From NCBI GenBank assembly GCA_046483985.1, contig JAWOCD010000075.1, positions 32,001 through 96,000 on the forward strand: a stretch of 64,000 bases of DNA, read 5' to 3'. Source of the DNA: Promethearchaeia archaeon (GTDB lineage Archaea > Asgardarchaeota > Lokiarchaeia > Sigyniarchaeales > SOKP01). Below are positions 9,933 to 20,072 of the stretch, piece by piece. The notes under the pieces are model-generated. The model was given only the letters and a program-made list of their open reading frames with translations. It had not been told where the DNA came from and did not search any database. The position numbers were made by a program, and so were the translations under genes. The stretch's first letter is position 1; each line of letters starts with the position of its first letter.

Positions 9933-11741
9933 ATGACATCCGAGGAAAATGGAAAAGTAATAAGAGCACCTATTGCGTGCATTTTAGGTCATATAGACCA
10001 TGGCAAAACATCTCTTTTAGATTATATAAGGGGTACTGTGGTTCAAGAGAGAGAAGCAGCGGGCATCACTCAGCATATTGGAGCATCTTATTTTCCAATA
10101 GAAGATATTAAGCGCTTTTTGGAAAAATCTAATCCCGACTTTGCCGATAAGAAATTCGATTTACCAGGTATATTGATAGTAGATACTCCTGGACATGCTG
10201 CTTTTATGAATTTAAGAAAACGCGGAGGTGCTGTGGCAGATATCGCTATATTAGTAATCGATGTTATGGATGGCACTATGCCGATCACATGGGAATCTGT
10301 TCGAATATTAAGAGAAAGAGGGACTCCTTTTATTATTGCTGCAAATAAGATTGACCGAATCTCGGGATGGGAACCGAATAAAGATGCTGATTTTCCATTA
10401 ACATATAAGAAACAAAGGGATTTTGTAAAGGAATATTTAGAAGAAAAACTTTACAAGATCATAGGGGACTTTTATGAAGAGGGTTTTAAAGGCATTGATA
10501 GGTATGATAAAATTAAGGACTTCACTAAAAAGATCGCTATAGTTCCTACGAGTGCAAAGACTGGAGAGGGAATATCTACTTTATTAATGGTCTTACTTGG
10601 TCTGACCCAGCAATATCTTACAAAAAATTTGCAATTTTCTGAGGGCGCTGCAGAAGGGGTAGTCTTAGAGGTAAAAAAAGAGAGAGGCTATGGAAAAACG
10701 ATGGATGTTCTTATCTATAATGGAATTGTCCACCAAGGAGATGATTTTATTGTGGGCGGTTTGTCCCAGCCGATTAAATCACGGGTTCGGGCATTACTCG
10801 CTCCAAAGGCTTTGGATGAGATAAGGGATCCAAGAAAAAAATTTGAATCAAAAGAAATGATAAGCGCTGCAGCGGGGATTAAGATTTTAGCCCCAGATAT
10901 TGACGATGTAGTTGCCGGTTCTCCTTTTAAGGTAATCTCAGACCCAGAAGAGGAACGGAATGTTTATGATCAAATTGAAGAAGAAATAGAAAAAATTAAG
11001 ATCAAAACCAAAAAAGAAGGAGTAGTACTGAAAGCGGATACTTTAGGCTCTTTAGAAGCGTTAGAAAACCATTTTAGCCGAAATAATGTTTCCATCAGTA
11101 TTGCGGATGTGGGACCCATTAAGAAAGAGGATATTATTAATGCATCGATCGTTCGGAAATATGACCCGTTCTCCGCAGTTGTATTGGGTTTTAATGTCCC
11201 TATTTTGCCCGAAGCAGAAGAGCACGCCCGAGAATACAATATTAGAATATTTACTAATAATGTAATATATCGGTTGCTCGAAGATTATATTGAATATTCA
11301 GAACGAAGAAGAGCTGAAGAAACAGCGAAAAAATTAAGCGAACTGATTTTACCCGCAAAGCTCAAAATCTTCCCGGAATATATTTTCCGCAAATCTAACC
11401 CTGCTGTATTTGGTATAAGTGTTGAAGCTGGAACATTAGTTCCAAAAGACCCCTTGATAACCGATGATGGCAAAAAAGTAAAGAGGGTTCATGAGATTCA
11501 AGACAGAGGCCAAAACTTGGATAAGGCTGAAAAGGGAGATGATGTTGCGATATCGATGAGAGGGACAGAGATAGGAAGGGATATAGAGACCGATGATATA
11601 CTTTATGTAAGAGTTCCTGAATCGCACGTGAGACAGTTGTATCATAAGTTCTTAAATGAATTAACCTCGGATCAAAAAGAAGCATTAAAAGAATACACAA
11701 TGCTTATGAGAGAGATACGCCACCCATGGTGGGGCGTTTAA
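9933..11741 (+). CDS. infB: Translation initiation factor aIF5B (IF-2)
   Basis: GHIDHGKT, GITQHIGA, DTPGH, NKID. ATG at 9933 preferred over TTG at 9927. Confidence 0.97.
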   Translation: MTSEENGKVIRAPIACILGHIDHGKTSLLDYIRGTVVQEREAAGITQHIGASYFPIEDIKRFLEKSNPDFADKKFDLPGILIVDTPGHAAFMNLRKRGGAVADIAILVIDVMDGTMPITWESVRILRERGTPFIIAANKIDRISGWEPNKDADFPLTYKKQRDFVKEYLEEKLYKIIGDFYEEGFKGIDRYDKIKDFTKKIAIVPTSAKTGEGISTLLMVLLGLTQQYLTKNLQFSEGAAEGVVLEVKKERGYGKTMDVLIYNGIVHQGDDFIVGGLSQPIKSRVRALLAPKALDEIRDPRKKFESKEMISAAAGIKILAPDIDDVVAGSPFKVISDPEEERNVYDQIEEEIEKIKIKTKKEGVVLKADTLGSLEALENHFSRNNVSISIADVGPIKKEDIINASIVRKYDPFSAVVLGFNVPILPEAEEHAREYNIRIFTNNVIYRLLEDYIEYSERRRAEETAKKLSELILPAKLKIFPEYIFRKSNPAVFGISVEAGTLVPKDPLITDDGKKVKRVHEIQDRGQNLDKAEKGDDVAISMRGTEIGRDIETDDILYVRVPESHVRQLYHKFLNELTSDQKEALKEYTMLMREIRHPWWGV

Positions 11742-11839
11742 TCTTATTTTTTTCTAAAATAAGACAAGTATCAGATATTTTAACCATAAAGCATTTTAAT
11801 TATTTATATTAATCTGCAATTTTAGAGCTTTGTTAATTC

Positions 11840-13300
11840 ATGAAAGACGTTGACAATATCTTCCGTAAAGTCCTAAAAAGAATTCGCCCTACTGAAAACG
11901 AGCTTAATTTAATAAATCGAATAGTTGAAGAGGTTAAAACGCTTCTCTCGGAAAAAGCAAGAGAATTAGATATAGTATATAAAAGTATCCAACCCCAAGG
12001 ATCAACTGGCATAAAACAAACCCAATTAAGAAATGATTTTGATATAGATCTTTTTATTGGTCTGGATTATGAACTCTATAACCAAGAAATTGAAGGTCTA
12101 AGTAAAAATAAACGAAAGGAGCAATTTAAATCTCTTTTTAAACAGTTTTGCAATAAGTGGATTATTCCAGCAATTTCTATTGACAAAATTAAAGATCCTC
12201 GGTTATTTTATGCTGAACATCCTTATGTAAAGGCAAAATATGAAGATCCAAGACAAAGTCAACAATATTTAGAATTAGATATAGTTCTTTATTTCGAGTT
12301 AGAGAAAGAATATATTAAAAAGAATGGACCCATTACCGCAGTAGATAGAACTCCATGGCATGGCAAATTTGTGAAGAATAATCTGACTGAAAGACAAAAA
12401 GATCATGTGAGACTTTTAAAGCAGTTCTTTAAAGCATGTCATAGCTATGGCGATAAAAGTGCGGTGGGAAGAGTGGGATTCATCGGATATAGTGCTGAAT
12501 TATTGATATATCATTATGGAGATATTCTCAATGTGTTTCAGCATTTTAAGGAACTTAAAATAAATCCTTTAGACAATTTTGAGAGGGATCCCTCGAAACT
12601 TAAAAATATTAAACGATTTCAAAATGACTACCTCATTATTATTGATCCTGTGGATAACCAGAGAAATGTAGCATCAGCCATCTCACCGAGAGCCTATAAA
12701 TATTGCAACCAACAAATTTTGGAATTTCTTCAAGCTCCTAATGAATCATATTTTCGAATTGAATCGATTCCTCCAATAGGTAAAGATAAAGATAAGACAG
12801 AGCAGTTATTCATAACTGAACTTGAAAATACAGATATGGAATATCACTACACCGAAAATCGGGATAAATTATATTCTCTGGGATCTTATATCAAAAATAT
12901 CGGAGAAAGAGAATTTACCCATGAAAAACGGTTTGGGACCATTATTTATGAACTTTATTTTGAATTAGAAAAAAAAAGATACTGCTTGGCATTCTATTGT
13001 GAGGATCCTTCAATTTCCCAAACCTATATTCGAAAGGGCCCCCCCAAGAAGAAAAAGCACCATGTAAAGAAATTTAAACAGAAAAATCCTAAAACATTTG
13101 AAAAAAATGGCTTTGTATGGACTGAAACTAAAAGAGAATACACTCTATTTAAAAATTTCTTGAATGACTATATTCCGAAAAAGTTACCTAACAATTTTAG
13201 AATAAAGAATATTTCTGGTGCTTCTCAGACTCAGAGTACTACTGGGAAAAAAACCCTTTATGTTTTAAAAAATATGATATTACCCTTTTTCTTGGACTAG
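11840..13300 (+). CDS. cca: Archaeal (class I) CCA-adding enzyme
   Basis: GS...DIDLF nucleotidyltransferase motif, YAEHPY, AVDRTPWH, GFIGYSAELL, DPVD..RNVA. Confidence 0.93.
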   Translation: MKDVDNIFRKVLKRIRPTENELNLINRIVEEVKTLLSEKARELDIVYKSIQPQGSTGIKQTQLRNDFDIDLFIGLDYELYNQEIEGLSKNKRKEQFKSLFKQFCNKWIIPAISIDKIKDPRLFYAEHPYVKAKYEDPRQSQQYLELDIVLYFELEKEYIKKNGPITAVDRTPWHGKFVKNNLTERQKDHVRLLKQFFKACHSYGDKSAVGRVGFIGYSAELLIYHYGDILNVFQHFKELKINPLDNFERDPSKLKNIKRFQNDYLIIIDPVDNQRNVASAISPRAYKYCNQQILEFLQAPNESYFRIESIPPIGKDKDKTEQLFITELENTDMEYHYTENRDKLYSLGSYIKNIGEREFTHEKRFGTIIYELYFELEKKRYCLAFYCEDPSISQTYIRKGPPKKKKHHVKKFKQKNPKTFEKNGFVWTETKREYTLFKNFLNDYIPKKLPNNFRIKNISGASQTQSTTGKKTLYVLKNMILPFFLD

Positions 13301-13375
13301 TACAGAAAGAAAATTAGCAAAATCTAAAAAAAATTAAAAGTAAACCCCTATATCAAAAACTAAATATAACTTATA

Positions 13376-15478
13376 ATGAAAATGAACAGATTATTTAAAA
13401 TGCTCTTTAGCAATAAGATCTCCGAAGAAAAGCTGCAAACCCTCCCTTTTATGGATGAAAGATTAGATATTGAAGAGAGAGTAAACGATTTTTTAGAGAG
13501 GCTAACATTGGAAGAGAAAATATCATTACTCTCTGGAAAATGGATTTTTTTTTCCGATAGAATTAAAAGGCTCCGTATGCCTTATTTTAAAACAACTGAT
13601 GGTCCACACGGCGTTGGAAGCGGTGTCTTCTACCTAAAAAAAATGACGTATTTCCCCGTTGCAATCTGCCGAGCTGCTACTTGGAATCCGGATCTCTCCC
13701 AACAATTCGGGGTGGCATTAGCACAAGAGACTCGGGCTACTGGAAGACATCTAATATTAGCTCCCGGTATTAATATCATTCGAACCCCGCTTTGTGGTCG
13801 GAATTTTGAATATCAGACGGAGGATCCTTTTTTAAATAAAAAGTTAGCGGTTGAGGTGGTTAAAGGCATTCAAAGTCAAAAGATCGGCGCTTGTGTAAAA
13901 CATTTTGCAGCAAATAACCAAGAATACAAGCGATTTGAAATAAGTTGCGAAGTAAGTGAACGGGCACTAGAAGAGATTTATTTCCCCGCTTTCGAAGCCA
14001 CCGTACGAGAGGTCGATGTGTGGTCCTTTATGGCATGTTATAACCGATTAAATGGGACTTTTGGATGCGAACATGTTGAACTTTTAAGGGAGAAATTGAT
14101 GAAGCAATGGGGATTTAGCGGATTTGTTGTGTCTGATTGGTTTGCTACACGGGATACTAACACTGTTGAATGTTTAAAAGCTGGACTTAGTTTAGAAATG
14201 CCAAAAGCAATCTGCTACAAGGAAAAAAAGGTGAAGAATGCCCTATCAGAAGGTAAGGTTTCGGAGGATACATTTGAAGATAATTTGCGGAGACTCCTTA
14301 GAGTGATGTTCCGTGTGGGATTATTTGACAGTCCATCCTCTGTTCCCGAAGGAAGTCGCAATACTGAAGAGCACCAAAAAGTTGCACGAAAGATCGCAGA
14401 AGAAGGGATAATTCTATTAAAGAACCAGGACGACCTTCTTCCTTTGGATATTAATGCTGTGAATTTAATTGCCATTTTGGGTCCTAATGCGGATAAGAAA
14501 ATGGCATTTGGGGGAGGAAGTTCTATGGTCAGAGCAAAATATGAAGTGACCCCGGAAGAAGGACTTAAGAGTAAGTGCGAAGGAATGGTAAATACTACTA
14601 CAAAAGTGAATGATGTCGATGCTGCGATCATTTTTGCTGGCCTAAATCATAAAAAACATAATGATCGGGAAAATAAGGATAGACTTAGATTAGACCTTCC
14701 AAAAGAGCAAGTAAAGCTCATCAAAAGAACAGTTAAGAAAGTTCCGAAAACTATTGTGGTGCTCATTAATGGAGGTCCCATCTCTATGGACGATTGGCTT
14801 GCCGATGTGCCCGCAGTTATCGAAGCATGGTATGCTGGGATGGAAGCAGGAAATGTGATTGCAGATGTGATCTTTGGAGATGTAAATCCTTCTGGTAAAT
14901 TATCGGTAACTTTTCCGAAAAAATTGGCTGACAGTCCGGCCCACATTCATCCTTGGACTTATCCTGGTATAAGGAATGTGTACCAGAACGGAGATATTGA
15001 CCTAGAAGCAGATGATTTCCGAGTATATTATAATGAGGGTATATTTGTTGGGTATCGTTATTTTGATACTTTCAATGTGGAGCCGATTTTCCCTTTTGGG
15101 TATGGTCTTTCTTATACTACCTTTAACTTCTCTAATCTTTCCCTAAATAAAGAAAAACTGATGGAAGGAGAGGACTTTAATGTGAAAATAGAATTAGAAA
15201 ATACGGGAAAACGAACAGGTGCTGAAGTTGTCCAAGTTTATATAAAAGATAAAGAATCCAGCGTAAAGCGCCCTGAAAAAGAATTATGTGGATTCAAAAA
15301 AGTCTTTCTTACACCGGGAGAGAAACAATCTGTGGAGATTTCTATCGATTCTGAAGCATTAGCATTTTATGATGAGGGGGAACATCAATGGAAAGTAGAA
15401 AAAGGGAAATTTCTTATTTTAGTGGGAAATTCCTCCCGACATATTAAATTATCACAAGAACTCGAATATATTGGATAA
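13376..15478 (+). CDS. GH3 beta-glucosidase
   Basis: DGPHG, CGRNFEY, KHFAAN, SDW nucleophile motif, YxEGIFVGYRYF, C-terminal Fn3-like domain. Confidence 0.93.
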   Translation: MKMNRLFKMLFSNKISEEKLQTLPFMDERLDIEERVNDFLERLTLEEKISLLSGKWIFFSDRIKRLRMPYFKTTDGPHGVGSGVFYLKKMTYFPVAICRAATWNPDLSQQFGVALAQETRATGRHLILAPGINIIRTPLCGRNFEYQTEDPFLNKKLAVEVVKGIQSQKIGACVKHFAANNQEYKRFEISCEVSERALEEIYFPAFEATVREVDVWSFMACYNRLNGTFGCEHVELLREKLMKQWGFSGFVVSDWFATRDTNTVECLKAGLSLEMPKAICYKEKKVKNALSEGKVSEDTFEDNLRRLLRVMFRVGLFDSPSSVPEGSRNTEEHQKVARKIAEEGIILLKNQDDLLPLDINAVNLIAILGPNADKKMAFGGGSSMVRAKYEVTPEEGLKSKCEGMVNTTTKVNDVDAAIIFAGLNHKKHNDRENKDRLRLDLPKEQVKLIKRTVKKVPKTIVVLINGGPISMDDWLADVPAVIEAWYAGMEAGNVIADVIFGDVNPSGKLSVTFPKKLADSPAHIHPWTYPGIRNVYQNGDIDLEADDFRVYYNEGIFVGYRYFDTFNVEPIFPFGYGLSYTTFNFSNLSLNKEKLMEGEDFNVKIELENTGKRTGAEVVQVYIKDKESSVKRPEKELCGFKKVFLTPGEKQSVEISIDSEALAFYDEGEHQWKVEKGKFLILVGNSSRHIKLSQELEYIG

Positions 15479-15512
15479 AAAATATCATTTTTTTAACTTT
15501 TCTTTCTTCTTT

Positions 15513-15762
15513 GACTAAGTGTTATATTTTTTGTAAGGAGATAAAAATAAAATCACCTCTTTTCCTTCGTTCTCTAAAAAGGTAAACACGGCTATTTGCA
15601 CCATTTTTATAACAAGAAGTTTAAGGAACTCTCTGAATCTGGGAATAATCTCCTTAAGAAGGAGATTCTACTGGGTCAGTTGGAGACACAATTTTCGGGC
15701 GAAGATCGAATGGTTTTAAGAAGAAGTTAGAGTTTGATCATACAAAAAATATAACAATAGTC
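15513..15762. mobile_element. Non-autonomous miniature inverted-repeat element (MITE), 250 bp
   Basis: Terminal inverted repeats GACTAAGTGTTATATTTTTTGTA (15513-15535) and TACAAAAAATATAACAATAGTC (15741-15762), with a 16-bp perfect core. An exact 8-bp direct repeat TCTTCTTT flanks both ends (15505-15512, 15763-15770). No transposase ORF. Confidence 0.85.
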
Positions 15763-15945
15763 TCTTCTTTATTGAGATTTGGAAAACCCCTGATAAACAT
15801 AATAGAATATATTTTTCTTCTTAAGATTCTAATATAATGGGGATTTCTCGCCTATATTCGTAAAATTTTTATGATTTCCTATATTTTGATATATACTAAA
15901 GTATATTTTATATTCATGGAAAACACATTAAAGTGAAAATTTCAA

Positions 15946-18225
15946 ATGGTTAAGGTAAAAAATCCACAAGAAATCGCCGAAATGGTTACTGCTGGGTCAT
16001 ATAAGAAAAAACGTCTGTTTTCGATCGTTGCGCATATTGATTGCTGAATGAATGTCTCATTTAGCCAATAACATGGCAAAACGACGGCAACGGACTATTT
16101 AATGCGAAGAGCAGGGCTTATGCGTCCCGAAGATGCGGGAGAGCTCCAAATGACAGACTCAGATGAAGAAGAACAAGCAAGAGGGATTACGATCTTTACT
16201 TCCGTGGTGTTACTTGCGTTTAATGATCCACGGGAAGAAGAAGGGGTAGAACCTTATATTTTCCAAATAAACGATACACCGGGTCACATCTCATTTACTG
16301 GGGAAGTTTCCAGAGCACTTAGAAGCAGTGATGGAGCGTTGATCTTAGTTGACGCTCTTGAAGGAGTGATGACCCAAACAGAGACGAATATTAATCTTGC
16401 TGTTGGAGAGGAATTATGTAAACCTGTTTTATTTATTAATAAAGTTGATAGGTTAATCTCTGAAATCAAACTTTCACCTCAAGAAACATATGATAAAATT
16501 GATGAAATAACAAAACAAGTTAATGAATTGATTAGAAAAGTCAGACCTGAATGGTCAGATTGGGGAGTCGAATTTGCAGAAAATTCCGTTGCCATCGGTT
16601 CTGCAAAAGATGGATGGGGCTTCACTTATGAAATCCTAAAAGAGAACGATTATACACCTGTGAAAGTTTTTGAAAAATATGAGGAAGGAGATATCCAATG
16701 GTTAAGAGAAAATCTCCCGTTGGATGAACCGATGTTGAGAATGGTAGTTGATCATTTACCAGATCCAGTTACAGCCTCGAAATACAGGATACCTGAAATT
16801 TGGCAAGGGGATTTAGATTCTGAACTAGGGCAAGCATTACAGAAAAGTGATCCAAACGGGCCATTATATGGGATTATTTCCAAAATTTTCTTAGATCCTG
16901 CACAAAATTACCGAGCAACCTTAATAGGAAGGATATTTTCGGGTACAATGGACGAATCGGACACTTTATATCTGCTGAACAGTCGAAAGAAAAGTAGAAT
17001 AAAACGGTTAGGCGTAATGGAAATAACAGATATTTTAAATATCAAAGAAATACCAGCAGGGAATATTTTTGCAATGTATGGTCCGATGTGTCCATCCGGG
17101 GAAACTTTTGTGGATAACGTTGGGCTTGCTAAGGACAAAGATAATATTGATGAGATTCCTTCCTTTGAAAATATTAATTATGCGTGCAAAGCAGTAGTTT
17201 CTCGAAGCATTAAACCCAAAAATCCGCATGATATCGCAAAGTTAGGACAAGTGGTAAAGAAATGGTTAATGGCGGATCCAACCGCAGAGTTTACGATGGA
17301 CAAGGATTCTAAGGAGTTTATCCTTTCTGGAATTGATCCTCTGCAGATTGATATCCTTACCAAACGAATTAACAACCAAGTGGAGATCAATATCGGAGAG
17401 CCTATTATTGTATACAGAGAACGAATTACAAACAAAAGTGCCACGTTTCATACTAAATCTTCAAACGGTCATAACAGAATTCAACTGTATATTGAACCCT
17501 TAGATGAAAAGACTCTTGACCTTCTGGAGTCGGGAAAAATTACCGACTTAATGAACGAAGATGAAAGAGCCGAATTATTGAGAGACGTTGGATGGGACAA
17601 AAAAGAAGCAAAGAGAGTGGTAGATGTCTACAAGGGTAATCTCTTAGTAAACGCCACGAAGGGGTTACAAAGATTTGACCGAGTGAAAAGCTACTTATCT
17701 GGCGCTTTCCGTGATTGGTGTGAAAATTGTATTTTAGCGAAAGAACCTGCTTTAGGACTGCGTTTAGTATTTACGGATTTAACCATTCACGAGGACCCGG
17801 CACACACCGGGTATAATCAAATAGCAAGCATGAGTTATGCTGCTTTTTCCCTTGCAATGATGGATGCAGATCCACATCTTTATGAACCTATCCAGAAAAT
17901 TGATATTAAAACTCCCTCTGGCACAGATCCTGGTGTATTAGCCGTCATAAATAAGCATCGTGGAAGAGTTAATAATGTTGTACCCGATGGAGAATATGTC
18001 CGAATCAGCGGACAATTACCCGCCTCGGAAACCGTTGGTATTGCCGATGAAATTCGAGGATCTACTCAAGGACGTGCCTTTTTTGGATATGAATTTCTCG
18101 GATTTGAACGCGTTCCAGCCTCAATAGAGCCAGACTTGATCCTAGAAATTCGCAAGCGAAAAGGTCTTAAAGTCGAGCTTCCTGATGTTTCCTCATGGCA
18201 CCGATTTCTCTATAGAAAAACATAA
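15946..18225 (+). CDS. Elongation factor 2 family GTPase (possibly the Asgard EF-2 paralog); spliced CDS join(15946..16041,16072..18225), 749 aa
   Basis: The ORF-track protein (16102..) has RGITI, DTPGH, NKVD, SAK and EF-2 domains IV/V but no G1 box. The same frame upstream reads MVKVKNPQEIAEMVTAGSYKKKRLFSIVAHID, then 30 nt with two stops, then HGKTTATDYL. Confidence 0.92.
16042..16071 (+). other. Predicted bulge-helix-bulge (tRNA-type) mRNA intron, 30 nt
   Basis: Outer helix CAU/AUG (extended by UUGC/GCAA), central 4-bp helix AUUG/CAAU, 3-nt bulges AU^U and AA^C, inner 9-bp stem GCUGAAUGA/UCAUUUAGC. Cutting after the 2nd nt of each bulge rejoins GAU|CAU (Asp-His). Confidence 0.88.
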
Positions 18226-18332
18226 ACAATTTTTATTAACTTCTTTTTCAGAAATTGTTTGTAAAATTTTTCGTTTATTTTTTTCTTTTTGTTTATTATC
18301 CATATTTTGCCTACTAAAGAAAAAGAGTAACA

Positions 18333-19043
18333 TCACAACCCTAAGACTTGTTTTAATTCCCTTGTATTCTTCAAAACTAAATCTGGATTATATTCTCTTA
18401 TTTTTTCTTCAGAAGCTAATCCTGAGCTCATACATATAATTTTAACATCAGCAGATTTCCCGGCTTGAATATCTGTAACCATATCGCCAATAAAAATTGC
18501 TTTAGAAGGGACAATTTCCCATTTTTTGAGGATTAGCTGAATTCCCTCGGGACTTGGTTTAACCTCACTTACTTCATTAAAACCGATAATTAAGTTAAAA
18601 TATTTTTTTAAATCATATTTTTCAAGAACTTCTTCTGCATGGGTATTTTTGTTATTCGTTAAAACAGCCAACCTTATCCCATCATCAGCTAATGATGAAA
18701 TAATATTATCAATCTCTGGATATAACGTGGCATCTTCTTTATATTCATTGAATTGGTTAAATAAATAAATCCCAACGCGCAATTTTTTGAAATAACTTAA
18801 CCCTTCTAAGAATTCTACTTTTAATAGATCATAGGATTTGAGAATTATCTTAGGGACGGGATAATGTTGTAATTCTTCGATTAAATGAGCCACTTCTTGA
18901 AGCACATCTTCAATATCCACATCAATCTGATACTTTTCTACGGTATCCTCAACAGCTTGTTGAATTGCATTAGTAATATTAAATATTACTCCATCCAAAT
19001 CAAAAATAATTCCCGAGTAATTAGTAAGTTCTAGTTTATCCAT
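18333..19043 (-). CDS. HAD-IA hydrolase (phosphoglycolate phosphatase-like)
   Basis: FDLDG, LTN, KPSP and GDxxxD motifs. Confidence 0.88.
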   Translation of the reverse strand: MDKLELTNYSGIIFDLDGVIFNITNAIQQAVEDTVEKYQIDVDIEDVLQEVAHLIEELQHYPVPKIILKSYDLLKVEFLEGLSYFKKLRVGIYLFNQFNEYKEDATLYPEIDNIISSLADDGIRLAVLTNNKNTHAEEVLEKYDLKKYFNLIIGFNEVSEVKPSPEGIQLILKKWEIVPSKAIFIGDMVTDIQAGKSADVKIICMSSGLASEEKIREYNPDLVLKNTRELKQVLGL

Positions 19044-19157
19044 ATAAAATCATCTAATAAAAATATAAAATTTCAAATTAATTTTATGATAAATATAAAA
19101 TATAAAGCAAAAATAGGAAACTAATAACAAAATTAATTAATTTGTAACGTCTTCAAA

Positions 19158-20039
19158 GTGATAGGAATGTCTGAAAAGAAAAAACAAAAGAATATAGAAG
19201 AGGCGGAGAATACAGATGATACAGAATTTGATGATTATCAGAATTATATTAGTGAAATGGAGGAATTGGGTTCAGATTTTTCTGATCTTGATGATTTAGA
19301 TCTTGAAGAAATAGAAGAGATGAGAGAAGCGGTTGAAAAAGTTCAAGATGGAGAAATCCCAGATCAACCCAAAGTGAAAAGGGCAGCAGATCCAGAGGTA
19401 AATAGTCTTATAGGGGATAAGGATCATTTATTTGAGGATTTCTCTGATTTAGAAGCAATCGATTTCGACGAACTAAGAGAGATGAAGGAAGCTATTGAAG
19501 TGGTAAAAGAGAAAGATACGGAACAAGTCTCAAAAGATTCCCAAGGATCTGAGCCTGCTTCAGAAAGCATTTCCGAGGAACTCGAAAAACGCATAGAAGA
19601 GGAGTTGGATAATAAGAAAGAGGAAAAAGAAGAGGAGGTCATGACCCCAGAGAACTTTCTTGAGTATCTCAAGAAAAAAAGAGATAAAATCTGGTATCAT
19701 GCTCTTTATTTCTTGGCTTTTGAGGTAAATGACCATACCGCCTCAAAAGAATTATTATATAAGACACTGAAAGAAGATACCAGTAAAAGTGCAATTGATA
19801 CTATTCCCAAGCATCAATTTTTCTTCGGATTGGGCTATATTCTTCGACTTACCTTAAATAAGAAAAAAATTATCCGATATCAGTCTGGAAGTAAGTTTAA
19901 AATTAATATTAATATTGAAACTATCCAAGATATATTAAAACAAGCAGGAGAACCAATTAATCGTCGTCCAAAGATTCCCGAGGATAAAAAGAAGGAAATG
20001 TTTAAGGATTTTTTAAAGGATGATTTTTCAGACATTTAA
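19158..20039 (+). CDS. Hypothetical protein with an acidic, internally repeated N-terminus
   Basis: 293-aa ORF filling the gap between neighbours; duplicated DFSDL...MREA/MKEA segment. Confidence 0.75.
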   Translation: MIGMSEKKKQKNIEEAENTDDTEFDDYQNYISEMEELGSDFSDLDDLDLEEIEEMREAVEKVQDGEIPDQPKVKRAADPEVNSLIGDKDHLFEDFSDLEAIDFDELREMKEAIEVVKEKDTEQVSKDSQGSEPASESISEELEKRIEEELDNKKEEKEEEVMTPENFLEYLKKKRDKIWYHALYFLAFEVNDHTASKELLYKTLKEDTSKSAIDTIPKHQFFFGLGYILRLTLNKKKIIRYQSGSKFKININIETIQDILKQAGEPINRRPKIPEDKKKEMFKDFLKDDFSDI

Positions 20040-20072
20040 TAGATCATAATTCACTGCACATATTTGGTTCTT

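Noticed and set aside
16042-16047. TGC-TGA read as Cys-Sec (selenocysteine readthrough) in the EF-2 gene
   Set aside because: An in-frame TAA follows at 16069-16071, and a 10-residue insert would break the P-loop; BHB excision explains the sequence exactly.
15946-18225. EF-2 gene as a pseudogene or frameshift
   Set aside because: Both parts are in the same frame, the remaining ~2.1 kb is intact with all G motifs, and the only lesion is a precisely excisable structured insert.
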